A stretch of 64,000 nt of DNA. It comes from a virus. The notes under the pieces were generated by a model. The model made no database searches. It was not told where the DNA came from and was given only the letters and a program-made list of their open reading frames with translations. The DNA is taken from positions 30,998 through 94,997 of the IMG/VR virus record IMGVR_UViG_3300042691_048368; one strand, written 5' to 3'. A program made the translations under genes and the position numbers. This document shows, piece after piece, positions 9,275 to 20,200 of the stretch; position 1 is the stretch's first letter, and each line of letters opens with the position of its first letter.

Positions 9275-11014
9275 ATGGCCATAGATTCAAGTGTACAGGG
9301 TAAGATAGCCTTTAAAAATCTTGCTGGTAAATCCCAAACAACAGACAACTTAGAGTTAAATGGAGAAGCTTATGGTATAAGTTTCGAAGTTCAGGCGAAA
9401 GATGTAACAATCGATAGAATTAGTTCAACATCTTCAATTACTATTCAAAATGGTTTGGCGATAAGGGTGAGAGCGGATCTTGTACAAGAGGCAAGTGCTG
9501 GTACGAAAGGTTACTTAGCTAAATGGCCATCAACTCTTACCGGTAATATATTGTTACAACCACCTGGTGGTGATCCAAATAATGGATTACAACCTTTCGA
9601 GTACGGTAAAGGCTCTTTAAAAGATGTGAAAGCAGGTGACCGTATAACAAATTTGATTTCTAACTCAATATCGGGCGACTACAGAGCGATTCTAAGAGGA
9701 TCTGGGTTAGATGAGATACCCCCTCTCGATGCAGGTGATTGGCTTTTTCAATATAACTCTGGTATATTATATGTTGATAAACCTACTAGCATTAGTTACA
9801 CACCTACATACATAGATGTTTATTATTATATTGGTACAAGACTGACTGACTTTAGTACAAAAACTCAAACCAATATAAGAATCTCAGCAACTGGATCCGA
9901 TAGTTATTTTGCAACCTATAGTTCTCCATCTATTGACGCTTATCAGTCTAATTATATATTTTTAGTAGATTTTTTTGGTTATAATACAGGGGCTACTGTT
10001 ACACTTAATATTAATTCCATAGGGACATTATCAGTTTATAAACCTTCATCATCTGGTCCTATGCCATTGACAAATGGTGATATCATTGGTGCTACCGGAG
10101 GTACTGGTGGTCCAATTTACTATTTGACTTATAATCAAGGGGGTAAATATTTTGAATTCTTCTACACAAACCCTGTAGCAATGAGTGGTAACTTTACAAA
10201 TCCAGTATCTACCAATTATAATGTTGGTGGTATACAGAGTGGGTATTCATTTAACGATGTGAAGATAGTTGATATGTTGAAAGATATATTCTATCCTGAA
10301 TCTATGGGAAGAATAGGTACTTTTAGTATGACCTCAGAAGGGGTACAGGTTTCGAAATCTTATGAAATAGGACAAACAATAAGTGGTGGTTTGTATTATA
10401 CATTCAGTTGGGTTTTTGATAATCAGGGTGATTTGAAAGATAAGACTTTGAGAATCGAAGATGTGACACCCGTCACACAAACTCAAACATATTGGCAACC
10501 ACCATCTGCAACTCCATTTACACAAAGTACAGGATTGACTGGTCCGATGGGATTTTTCTTTGCGAATTCAATCAAAAGTAATGTACCAGCTAAGAGGGTC
10601 TTCAGATTATCAGTTGAGAGGTCAAATGGTACAAGAGTACACAAGGACTACGAAATTGATTGGATGTGGAGGGTTTACCATGGTTCGTCTACATTTTCTA
10701 CTCTGACGGCTAGTCAAGTAAGGGATTTGTCAAACAAAACTCTCTCAAAACAGTCAAGTGGTACTTGGAGTCTACCTGGTGATGGTTTCAAATATATTGC
10801 ATTTCCTGAAGATAGTGATTATAATTTTCAAAATATTACTTATAAGAATCTTCCTCTCGCTATGGCTGGAACAAACAGTGGGTATAGTTATAGTTTTGCT
10901 GATTTAAATTATTTATTTGTCACTGTGAGTAATGCATTTGGTTTGGAAAAACAATATAAGATATATAGAACAAAAAATGAAATTAACGCAACTTTTTCAG
11001 TAAATATAAGTTAA
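9275..11014 (+). CDS. Virion structural protein (fibre/spike cluster)
   Basis: S/T/G-rich. Shares modules with the 5347 and 6393 ORFs. Confidence 0.55.
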   Translation: MAIDSSVQGKIAFKNLAGKSQTTDNLELNGEAYGISFEVQAKDVTIDRISSTSSITIQNGLAIRVRADLVQEASAGTKGYLAKWPSTLTGNILLQPPGGDPNNGLQPFEYGKGSLKDVKAGDRITNLISNSISGDYRAILRGSGLDEIPPLDAGDWLFQYNSGILYVDKPTSISYTPTYIDVYYYIGTRLTDFSTKTQTNIRISATGSDSYFATYSSPSIDAYQSNYIFLVDFFGYNTGATVTLNINSIGTLSVYKPSSSGPMPLTNGDIIGATGGTGGPIYYLTYNQGGKYFEFFYTNPVAMSGNFTNPVSTNYNVGGIQSGYSFNDVKIVDMLKDIFYPESMGRIGTFSMTSEGVQVSKSYEIGQTISGGLYYTFSWVFDNQGDLKDKTLRIEDVTPVTQTQTYWQPPSATPFTQSTGLTGPMGFFFANSIKSNVPAKRVFRLSVERSNGTRVHKDYEIDWMWRVYHGSSTFSTLTASQVRDLSNKTLSKQSSGTWSLPGDGFKYIAFPEDSDYNFQNITYKNLPLAMAGTNSGYSYSFADLNYLFVTVSNAFGLEKQYKIYRTKNEINATFSVNIS

Positions 11015-11018
11015 AAGT

Positions 11019-11726
11019 ATGGAGAATATACCGTTTTCGGGATTGATAACCCCAATAAATTTATCAGACAAGTATCCTGTAATAGACCCAATATATGGAG
11101 TTGATGGATTCAGAAATTTATCCACCACTCAGAGTATGTATGATATACCTTTGGAAAAAAGGAGAGCTGGTATGGTGGTTGGTGTAGCCGATACTTCTAA
11201 TACAAATGTTTACTATTACAAACTAAAACCCCAAAATAATGGTGTCACTTGGTCTGTTGGTGATTCTACAAATTGGGATAGTTTTCTTATGTCTGCTACA
11301 GCTGCAATTCCTGTAAAACATACTATCATAAATGAAACACTTGAGGTACCTTCAAATTATATGTACGTTGTATATAAAGATTTACTAATAGGAGCAACTG
11401 GTGTTTTGAATAATTATGGTAGGGTGGTAATTATAAATGGTAATTTGGTCACACAAAGTAATGGAGTTTTGAACAACTTATCGGGTGGTGAGTATATTAC
11501 TGCTAGTTTTTATGTACAAAAAGTTGTCAAAACATTTTCTAGTATATCTAATAACGGTATAACTGTGTCGCACAATTTGGGGACAACTGATTTCACTTAC
11601 ACCGTCAGAGATGGTTATAATTTTGTCTATGCTAATGTAGAATTAGCCTCAAGTGATCCGGCAAATAAAGTGGTAGTAACGTGTGCGACGTCAATCAATT
11701 ATTTGACTATGACTTTTGTTGGTTAA
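11019..11726 (+). CDS. Virion structural protein
   Basis: N-terminus YPV...RRAGMVVGV...YKL is paralogous to the N-terminus of 6393. C-terminal VSHNLGT module. Confidence 0.55.
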   Translation: MENIPFSGLITPINLSDKYPVIDPIYGVDGFRNLSTTQSMYDIPLEKRRAGMVVGVADTSNTNVYYYKLKPQNNGVTWSVGDSTNWDSFLMSATAAIPVKHTIINETLEVPSNYMYVVYKDLLIGATGVLNNYGRVVIINGNLVTQSNGVLNNLSGGEYITASFYVQKVVKTFSSISNNGITVSHNLGTTDFTYTVRDGYNFVYANVELASSDPANKVVVTCATSINYLTMTFVG

Positions 11727-11798
11727 TTTTTTGAAAATTTTGGACTTAAGGTAAAACAATCCATATAATATATAATTTCAAAAAAAAATTATATATTT

Positions 11799-12737
11799 AT
11801 GTCTAAACAAGAAGAGTCAAACTTATCTGAGGAAGATTACCTCAGAAAACATTTAGAAAGTTTAGAAAAACCAAAACAAACAAACTTCGAAGAACCAAAA
11901 GTTAAGGTTAGCGTTGATACTTCTCGTGCTTCGGATCTTCACTATTTCGCATTCGATGTAAAGGAATTTCCCTGTGGTATGTTCTACCCAGATGGTTCTA
12001 CAATTCAAGTGAGAGCTGCCCAAGTAAAAGAAATTCAAGCTTACTCAATGGTCGATGATAATAATTTTTATGATATCGTCGAAAAAATGAATGACATGCT
12101 TTCTTCTTGTGTTCGAATAAAATACCTTGACGGCACTATTGGTTCCTACCTAGAGATCAAAGATCCAGATAGATACTTCCTCATTTTCTTAATACGTGAG
12201 TTAACCTTTCAGAAAGGTACTTCTCTTACCACAACTGCGGTTTGTGAATGTGGAAATGAAGTTTCAATCGAACTAAGAAGGGATAATTTTAAACTGTTCG
12301 AACAGAGTGAACGTCTTTTGAGTTTTTTCGATCCTATCACGTTGTCTTTTAGATTTGAGGTTAAAAATGGTCGTGTATTCAATTTAGCGCCACCATCGAT
12401 CGGTTTACAGAAATCTTTTACCGAATACATCATAAAAGAGAATCAAGAGAAGAAAAAACCAAACCTTTCTTTCTTAAAGATTATTCCATTCCTTTTGTAT
12501 GATCGTACTTCGATTACAATTGAAGGGATTAAATCTAAGTTAGAAGAGTACCAAAAGATGGATGATGTTTCATTTCAGTTTTTGAATGCTGCTGTTGAAA
12601 AAATGACTTTTGGTATTGAAAAGTTAAGGAAGCAGTGTGAGTGTGGTCTAGAGAGCCACACTGATATGATATTTCCCGACGGACCGTCAGCTATTTTCGT
12701 TGTTCATGACGCCTTTGAACAGTTTATTAAAGAATAA
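11799..12737 (+). CDS. Baseplate hub assembly protein, T4 gp26-like
   Basis: DRYFLIFLIRELTF, two CECG zinc knuckles, and position next to the tube and gp51-like genes. Confidence 0.65.
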   Translation: MSKQEESNLSEEDYLRKHLESLEKPKQTNFEEPKVKVSVDTSRASDLHYFAFDVKEFPCGMFYPDGSTIQVRAAQVKEIQAYSMVDDNNFYDIVEKMNDMLSSCVRIKYLDGTIGSYLEIKDPDRYFLIFLIRELTFQKGTSLTTTAVCECGNEVSIELRRDNFKLFEQSERLLSFFDPITLSFRFEVKNGRVFNLAPPSIGLQKSFTEYIIKENQEKKKPNLSFLKIIPFLLYDRTSITIEGIKSKLEEYQKMDDVSFQFLNAAVEKMTFGIEKLRKQCECGLESHTDMIFPDGPSAIFVVHDAFEQFIKE

Positions 12738-12948
12738 ACTTTTACTTCAAAAAAATTACCATTTGCAAGAGTTTGCTATAGATTCCTGGCCTTTTTGGAT
12801 GTTGGAAGAAAATATCAAAATAGTCAATGAATTAACTGAAGAAGAGGATAAACAAAGGAAGAAAGAAGAAGGGTCCCAAAAAATGCCAAACTTCAACCCA
12901 TCCTCAATAATGAATAATATGTCCTCAATGGCTAATAAGTTTAAATAA
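12706..12948 (+). CDS. Baseplate hub assembly catalyst, T4 gp51-like
   Basis: LQKNYHLQEFAIDSWPFW...ELTEEE pattern. Overlaps the end of the gp26-like gene. Confidence 0.55.
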   Translation: MTPLNSLLKNKLLLQKNYHLQEFAIDSWPFWMLEENIKIVNELTEEEDKQRKKEEGSQKMPNFNPSSIMNNMSSMANKFK

Positions 12949-12978
12949 AAAAAAACCACCTTTTGGTGGTTTTTTTTT
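12947..12978. terminator. Bidirectional intrinsic terminator
   Basis: A-run, CCACC-TTTT-GGTGG, T-run, between convergent genes. Confidence 0.85.
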
Positions 12979-12994
12979 ATTTAGGAGAATAAGA

Positions 12995-13612
12995 TTAGTA
13001 TCCTGCGATGAGTGGTGGGGTGATTGTGAATGAACCATCGATATATTCATCAACCCAGTAGTCAGCTACGAATTTAGCTTCTACGTTATTAAGAATCTCT
13101 GTTGATGACCAGTCTAGTGAATAACCTTGTAGACCAGTGATTTGACAGTTTTGGAAAGTAACCCTTCTTAAAACAACACCTTTTTTATCATGTTGATTCA
13201 CAATTACCGTTCCAATGATATCAGATTTATAGTTCACGGTACCATTTTGAGAGTTCCAAACTACATCATACCAAGCTTTCAAAGTATTCCAAGTAATCAT
13301 ATTACCCTTATCGTTCACGTTAACATTGTGTTTGATTGTGAATTCGATATGGGTTTTTTCTGGCATACCCATGTAAGCTCTGGTTGAATACTTGAACCTC
13401 TGATCTTTAACACCAATATCTGGAGTAAGATTCAAATCAACAGACGATGCTTGTTGAAGTTGCATAATTGGATCTCTACCCTGTGCTTGGAGGATAGTAG
13501 GGAAAATGAAAGTAATCTCAAACAGGTTAAGATATACTACCTCATCTGGTTTTGTACCGGGACCCCCTGGTGAACCTGTCATCAAGAGTTGTGTAAAATG
13601 TGGTAATGGCAT
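12995..13612 (-). CDS. Tail tube protein (gp19-like)
   Basis: NLFEITF, LKAWYD, RRVTFQNC and LDWS...FVADYW tube-protein pattern, about 200 aa. Confidence 0.75.
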   Translation of the reverse strand: MPLPHFTQLLMTGSPGGPGTKPDEVVYLNLFEITFIFPTILQAQGRDPIMQLQQASSVDLNLTPDIGVKDQRFKYSTRAYMGMPEKTHIEFTIKHNVNVNDKGNMITWNTLKAWYDVVWNSQNGTVNYKSDIIGTVIVNQHDKKGVVLRRVTFQNCQITGLQGYSLDWSSTEILNNVEAKFVADYWVDEYIDGSFTITPPLIAGY

Positions 13613-13734
13613 AGAATTTTAAATTATTTTTTATAATATTATATATTTTGTCAATAATCTTTCTAGTCATTTTTTAATATAAATAGGTTTAGAAAATTGC
13701 CATTTCCACTTTTAGTATGTGATATATATTAAAT

Positions 13735-14565
13735 ATGAAGTGCAACTATAGATATTGTGGTAGAGAAATAAACTTCGGTAGACCAGATAGAAAGTTTTGT
13801 AATAAAAACTGTAAAATAAAAGAAAATAATTTAATTAAAGAATTAAAATCACTGGATAACAAATCTATTAAGACTAAAGATTTTATAGAAAAATCAAAAG
13901 AAATACATAATAATAAATATGGATATGAATTATCGATATATGTTAATTGTAGAACAAAAATTAAAATAATATGTCCGATACACGGTGTGTTCGAGCAAAC
14001 CCCAAGTAATCATTTATATAATAAACAAGGATGTGATAAATGTGCTAGAGATGAACATAAACTTACTAAGCTATCTGATTCCAGAATAGATAATCTTAAA
14101 AGAGTCCATAATAATAAATATCTATATAATGATACATCCATTAATGAGGGATTTATAAATATAACTTGTCCAGATCATGGCGTCTTCACACAATATTTAT
14201 ATTTTCACGAATATGGACATGGATGTTCACAATGTAATTCCTATTCTAGAGGAGAAAATTACATAAAAAGATACCTTGACAAAAGAGGAATAAGATACCA
14301 CAGGAATTTTATATTTGAGAATTGTAAAAATAAGAAAGGATTAAGATTTGATTTCTATCTATACAATGAAAATACTATTATTGAGTATCATGGAGAGCAT
14401 CATTTTATTGAAAATAAATATTTTGGAAATGCAAATCTAGAATATGTTAGAAAAAATGATGAAATCAAAAAAGAATATTGTTTATTGAACTCAATAAGAC
14501 TAGTAAGGATACCATATTATGATTACAATAATATTGAGAGTATATTAAATAGTGTCATAGTTTAA
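13735..14565 (+). mobile_element. Free-standing homing endonuclease (DUF723-like Zn repeats plus PD-(D/E)xK/Vsr-like nuclease)
   Basis: Two ICPxHGVF.Q...GCxxC repeats. SRGE, LRFDFYL, IIEYHGEHH and LVRIPY. Very AT-rich. Confidence 0.75.
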
Positions 14566-14621
14566 AAAAAAATCATTTTTACCCGATTTGAACTATGATC
14601 AACTAAGTTTATATAATAGTG

Positions 14622-15746
14622 ATGTCAAAAATTCTAATTATTGGTGATACCCACTTAGGTCTTGGTTACCCGAATTCGATTGATAAATGGTTTAAAGTAC
14701 ACAGGGAATATTTTGAAGAATTTTTAATTCCTTTAGTTCGGAAAGAAATGACCGAAGATGATATTATAATCCACTGTGGAGATTTATTTGACAATCGGTC
14801 AGTGGTTCCGATTAATATACTCAATTACGCACAAGATCTCCTCGAAAAACTATCTTCTATATGTCCGGTGCATATACTAATTGGTAATCATGATTTGTAC
14901 ACTAAAGCCTCTAATGATGTGAATACTGTCAAATTATATAAGTATATACCAAACATTACCGTTTACGAAAAGCCTACCAAAATTGATTTTTGTGGAAAGT
15001 CAATATTGATGTTACCTTGGGTTGAGAAAAAACAAGACCAAATTGACATACTAAAAAGATTTTCTGGTTGTGATTATCTTTTCTGTCATTCGGATTTGAA
15101 CGGTGCAAAAATGCATTTGACCTCTGTTGCACATAAAAATCAAGATAAAATAGATGTGGAAGATTTTTCAGGTTACAAAAATGTATATTCTGGTCATATA
15201 CACATCTTGCAAGTCACAAAAAATTTCACTTTTGTCGGTAATAATTTTGAAATGGATCGAAATGACATTAACAATCAAAAGGGAATTTTTATCTTAGATA
15301 CTTTGGTTGACGAGGAGAGATTCATTCCTAATAATATTTCACCGAGATACAAAAAGATATACATAAGAACTCAAGAGGATATTGATCAATTAGAAAACAC
15401 TTCGACAAAAGATTATATTGATCTTTTCATATCAAATTCATTGTTGATAAACAATAGGAAATTAAGAAGAAAGTTAGAGTTAATGTTGGAATCCGGTAAC
15501 TTTGCTTCAGTTGACTACATCGATGATTTAGTTTTGGAAAAAAATGAAGAAACTAAATCTGTGATTGAAGAAATTACTGAAGAAGAATTAAACAATGGTG
15601 TGGTTCCATCTATTCAATTAGAATATACTGATTTAATTAGACAATACATTAATACTCAGAAATATGAAAGTGAGAAGATCAAAAATGGCGTCTTACAAGA
15701 GTTTAATGAAATTGCTAGAATATATGATGAGGGTTATTTAGAATAG
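14622..15746 (+). CDS. Recombination endonuclease subunit (T4 gp47 / SbcD-Mre11 family)
   Basis: GDTHLG, GDLFDNR, IGNHD, LPW and SGHIH. Confidence 0.85.
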   Translation: MSKILIIGDTHLGLGYPNSIDKWFKVHREYFEEFLIPLVRKEMTEDDIIIHCGDLFDNRSVVPINILNYAQDLLEKLSSICPVHILIGNHDLYTKASNDVNTVKLYKYIPNITVYEKPTKIDFCGKSILMLPWVEKKQDQIDILKRFSGCDYLFCHSDLNGAKMHLTSVAHKNQDKIDVEDFSGYKNVYSGHIHILQVTKNFTFVGNNFEMDRNDINNQKGIFILDTLVDEERFIPNNISPRYKKIYIRTQEDIDQLENTSTKDYIDLFISNSLLINNRKLRRKLELMLESGNFASVDYIDDLVLEKNEETKSVIEEITEEELNNGVVPSIQLEYTDLIRQYINTQKYESEKIKNGVLQEFNEIARIYDEGYLE

Positions 15747-16036
15747 TTTGGTTTTCTTCCACTACCTTTAGATCCGGTACTCTCTGCTTTTCTTTTCCTA
15801 GCAACCGCTGCTTTCTTTTGTTTCGCCGACATCTTAGCGGCAACCCTTACTTTTCTGCATTTGGGATATCCACCTTTACTTGTGTCAGACCTTCCGCATG
15901 GTGGATGAGACCCATCTTTATTTGTCTTGGAAATATCAACCCATTTTTCTTTGAACCATTTATCGAGTCCACCATGAGAACCCTTATATGATTTTTCCTC
16001 ATGGATGAAATCTTCAAATAATAGTAGATGTTCCAT
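15734..16036 (-). CDS. Small basic protein (DUF5872-like) with N-terminal HxxxFEDF peptide
   Basis: MEHLLLFEDFIHEE, then GLDKWFKEKWVD...PCGRS...YPKCR. Confidence 0.65.
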   Translation of the reverse strand: MEHLLLFEDFIHEEKSYKGSHGGLDKWFKEKWVDISKTNKDGSHPPCGRSDTSKGGYPKCRKVRVAAKMSAKQKKAAVARKRKAESTGSKGSGRKPNYSK

Positions 16037-16254
16037 TATCTTTTCTTAGACTTTTTAACTTTTGACTTTCTCCAAGTGCCACCTTTTTTCTTATATCTTT
16101 TTGCAGCAGCTCCATTAGCATAAGCTGATGGATAAACGTCATAGGTATTTTTTGCCCAAGCTTTACAGGAAGCCCATAAAGATGGGTTATTTGGCACGTT
16201 TTTCTCAACTACAAGTGATTCTTTAAAATCTTCGAAAGGTAATAAATGATTCAT
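16036..16254 (-). CDS. Small basic protein (DUF5872-like) with N-terminal HxxxFEDF peptide
   Basis: MNHLLPFEDFKESLVVE, then YPSAYANG...YKKKGGTWR. Confidence 0.65.
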   Translation of the reverse strand: MNHLLPFEDFKESLVVEKNVPNNPSLWASCKAWAKNTYDVYPSAYANGAAAKRYKKKGGTWRKSKVKKSKKR

Positions 16255-16264
16255 AACATATATA

Positions 16265-16531
16265 TTATTTTATTTTAGTAACTTTTAATACTAAATCACC
16301 AGTGCCCTTTATTAGTCTGTGGTAGACCCCTTTAGGTACAAATATTTTTTCATCTATTTTTTTGGGTAATTCGTTATCAATTTGAAAGGTCCAATCTGTT
16401 GGATGAGTTGGTTCTATTATTCTGTCCTCTCTGTCACGATGCCAATGTAAGTTTCCATTATCTACATTTTCATGGAATGTTCTTAAATAAGTCAAGTCAT
16501 TCAATTTGGATTCTTCAAATGGTAAAATCAT
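16265..16531 (-). CDS. Small cupin-like phage protein
   Basis: WHRDREDR...W.FQIDNELP...PKGVYHRLIKG. Start reassigned to ATG 16531. Confidence 0.55.
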   Translation of the reverse strand: MILPFEESKLNDLTYLRTFHENVDNGNLHWHRDREDRIIEPTHPTDWTFQIDNELPKKIDEKIFVPKGVYHRLIKGTGDLVLKVTKIK

Positions 16532-16538
16532 AAATAAA

Positions 16539-17117
16539 TCACCAGAAACCTGGATATGTTTTTCCTCCCCAAAGATTTGCATATCTATTAGCCCTACAAG
16601 CCCAGTAACCTGGTTTGGTCTTATCCTTTTTCAAATGGCACTGATGTCTTGCAGCAAAAGCTTTTCTAGCTTTAGGATCAGAAACCTTTGCACTCAGACC
16701 ACCTTTAGCATCACCAAAGTTTACTACTTTAACTTTTTTTGTCTTGGGATTAATCACATAAACTTTGTATTTTTTTGGACCCGAGCTTCTCATAGGTTTG
16801 CCTATTGGAACTTTTTTTCCATGATATTCGGCTTCGTTCAAATCTTCGACTTCTTCTAATGGTAAGTCCAAAGGTACCATTTCACCTTCGTATTCTGCAA
16901 ATTTACCAATATCAGTTGTTTCAAATAAAATTTTATCTATTCCCGATAATTCTACTTTATTAGTATCAAACAAAATTCTAGCTTCCTTTATTAGATCATA
17001 GAACGAATTGGAACCAGGTCTGAACACATTTTCCAAAACGGGAAGGTTGTTATCGACATGATATTTTAGATTCTCACTGATTGGATGAAAATTATCGAAT
17101 AGATTAATATATTTCAT
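16539..17117 (-). CDS. Phage protein with acidic N-half and basic C-domain
   Basis: MKYINLFDNF...ISE at the start. C-domain KKYKVYV...VNFGD...ARKAFAARHQC...GYWAC follows LNE. Confidence 0.65.
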   Translation of the reverse strand: MKYINLFDNFHPISENLKYHVDNNLPVLENVFRPGSNSFYDLIKEARILFDTNKVELSGIDKILFETTDIGKFAEYEGEMVPLDLPLEEVEDLNEAEYHGKKVPIGKPMRSSGPKKYKVYVINPKTKKVKVVNFGDAKGGLSAKVSDPKARKAFAARHQCHLKKDKTKPGYWACRANRYANLWGGKTYPGFW

Positions 17118-17207
17118 TGGAGTATGTTTTTTATTGTAGATATATATTATTTATTTTAGTATTAAAACTCTTCTTTTAATATATACATAAAATACGACAG
17201 TCTTTTA

Positions 17208-20200
17208 ATGCAATCACTTATATTTTTCAACAAAGAAGGGGACAATTTAAATTTTAGATACAACGAGGATGATGAAAGGTGGGAAGGTGATATGATTTTC
17301 CACGCTAATAGTGATGACACTTTTAAGACAGCTGGTCTTTATATGTTTGAAAGAATACCTTCTTTTGAATATGAAAAACCTGGTGACCTTTTTTTACAGA
17401 AATTCCAATTATTTAATGAATATAGATTCAACATAACGGGTTGTTCTTACTTCAATCGACCCGTTACAAGAGTTGAATTGCCAAATAATGATCAATTATT
17501 TTTCTCAAAATGGATTTACGGGAACAATTTTGAGAAAATGTTTCCAATAGGAACTCAAATAATGTTCGATAAAAAATACTTGGAATTTACAAATATAAAT
17601 CAATCATACACTGTAGTTAAAACGAAGAAAAATGGCATAATGATTATGTCAAATCTTGACAATAGAAGTTTCAACAGTAAATATGGTTCGGTAATTGAGG
17701 GGACTGCGTCACTTGAAGGCATTTCAGTAAGTGGAGTTAATTCTATCGGAGTTTACAACTACATCGACGATCAATACAAAGATAATTTATCTTCTTGGTC
17801 TGAGCCAGATTTTTATGATAAGTATTATAATGGTAAAGTTTTGAACCTTTTTGGAACTGAACGAAACGATGGTATTTATACGGTGAGAAATTATTTGCTC
17901 AATGATAAAGTTTATAAAAGATATGAGTTGGACGCTAAATCACTTACACAAAGTTATGATTTATTAATTGATATTTTATTAAAAACGGAATTGCCGACAG
18001 TTTACACTGGAGGATTATATCTGACTGCGAGTAGGATTTATTTCACGGATGGTGTACCAAAGATTCTAAAGCCAGGTGTAGAATTTCACTTACCAAATGC
18101 TTCTATAAATACAAATTCATTAAAGATCCTAGATGTTGTCAAATTCGAAGGTATCAACAAATTAACTTATTTTGCTACCCAATCACAAGTTCTTTACGGA
18201 AATTCTCTCTATGAATGTGTTTTGTCTCATTATTGGACAGCGACCTCATCAATTCTACCAGATAATAAAACTTATTGGGATGCTCCCACGTATTTATCAG
18301 TCAGCGGCATTTCGGATTATGAAGTTTTTCAATCTGCTGAAGTGCAGTTGACAAAAAATAGATTCACATATTCTTTTTCGTTTACACAAAGCATGCCTGT
18401 GACGTTAGCGTCATCTGTGGAAAAATATAAAGAAGATTTTAAGTTTTTCTTATTGGATTATTATTTCGAGAACAAAAAACTTCATTTGGATCTTTTATAT
18501 CCTAGTAATTATGTGGATGCTAAGATACTATTATCGTTAGATGGTGTTAATTATGAAAATAGAGCGGTCACAAAAAATATCTATGAACAGAATGTTGAAA
18601 TAGAGGAGGTTTTATTGCCAGAGATCACTGAGAATATTTGTGAGAATTTTTCATACAATATAGTTTTTACAGATATAGATGAATTTGGAATAAGATTGAC
18701 CATTAATGGACAAGTATATTATCAAGAAGTTGAATTTATTTATGATTCTTTGAATGTTAATATGGAAAGAACCATAGATAAAACCCTTAGAAATTGGCTT
18801 ACAACTTGGTACATCGAATTATCGATGACAGGTATATATCCAAAATTGAAGTTTACCGGTAAAGATTATTCCTTCTACCTGAACACTATACAGCTAACAA
18901 CTGAATATCCGAATGTTGAACTCACTTTTAGTGTTGAGGTTGGAACTACAGCAGACTTTTATCTCCAAAGAGCTCAAATTGTTTTTAATAATATTGGTTC
19001 TTACTTTGTAGTCACAATCAATGATCGAAATTATGGTCAAAAATCGAGTTACTTTTCAAATGGTAAAGTTGATTTTGCCAGTTCTTTGAATGAGTGGGTA
19101 GAAACATATGGTGATATATTAGAAGGTTATGGAATTTATGCTAAATCCGTACTATCGATGTTGACCTTTGACGTGAAGGAAATAGATACAAGATTTGAAG
19201 TTTCTGTAAATACCGGAGTATTCAGTCTACCTGGTAACGAAACATATTTCATAAAAAATCTCTTCAGAGGTCACTTAGGAGCATTTTTAACTTCAAATGA
19301 AATAATATTGTCCGGACCTTCATATTCATTCGAGGATGAAAATTTTGCGACAGGACAACTTGTTGCTATTAATAACAGTAGCAGGCCTTGGAATAATCAA
19401 GAATATAATATCGAATACTTAGGTCCGAAAGATCTTGTTTTGAGTTATCAGGGACCATTTTGGCCCACTACAGATCCATTGTGTAATATAGCACCATTTA
19501 TAACTATAGCTTTGAGTAATGGTTTTGGCGCTACAGGTTGTACACCCGCAGTATTGGCGAAACCCAATAATGGGGAATTTGGTCTTTTAGATTTTTCAGA
19601 TGCTTTCAGTATTAGGTTTGGGGCTACCAATAGTTATGTGATTAACAAAAACTTCCCAATTAATGACGAGGCCAAATTTGTTGACTTGATATATCTAGGT
19701 TTGGTAAACAAGATCTATGTATTTGGTGAAAGGCTGACAGTGATAGATTCTGTGAGTGGTAGGGTCGAAACGGAAGTTAAGTTGCCTAATTTCACATCGG
19801 GCATATCAATGACTTTCAACCCATATAATAATTATTTATATTGTCTCTCTACAGATAAAATATACCTTATAGATCCTCTATTTCCTAAATTGGATCATAT
19901 TATAAATCTTTCTCTGCCTGGTAAAAAATGTGTTGTGAATCCGAATAATGGTGATGTATATGTTGCATATAATTCAACAAAATTCGACATTTGGTATGAT
20001 AATAACTTCACATCAACACCATCAAAGTCCTATCCATCGGTACCTACAAATAAAAGATATTATAATTTTATTTATAATGCGTCTGAGAAGGACATTTATG
20101 TGTGTTCTGATGATGAGCTTTTGAGATTCGATGGTTCATCTCGTAATTTACAAGCCTCTATTTCGGTACCTGGTCTGAAAAATAATTTTTTATACGAACC

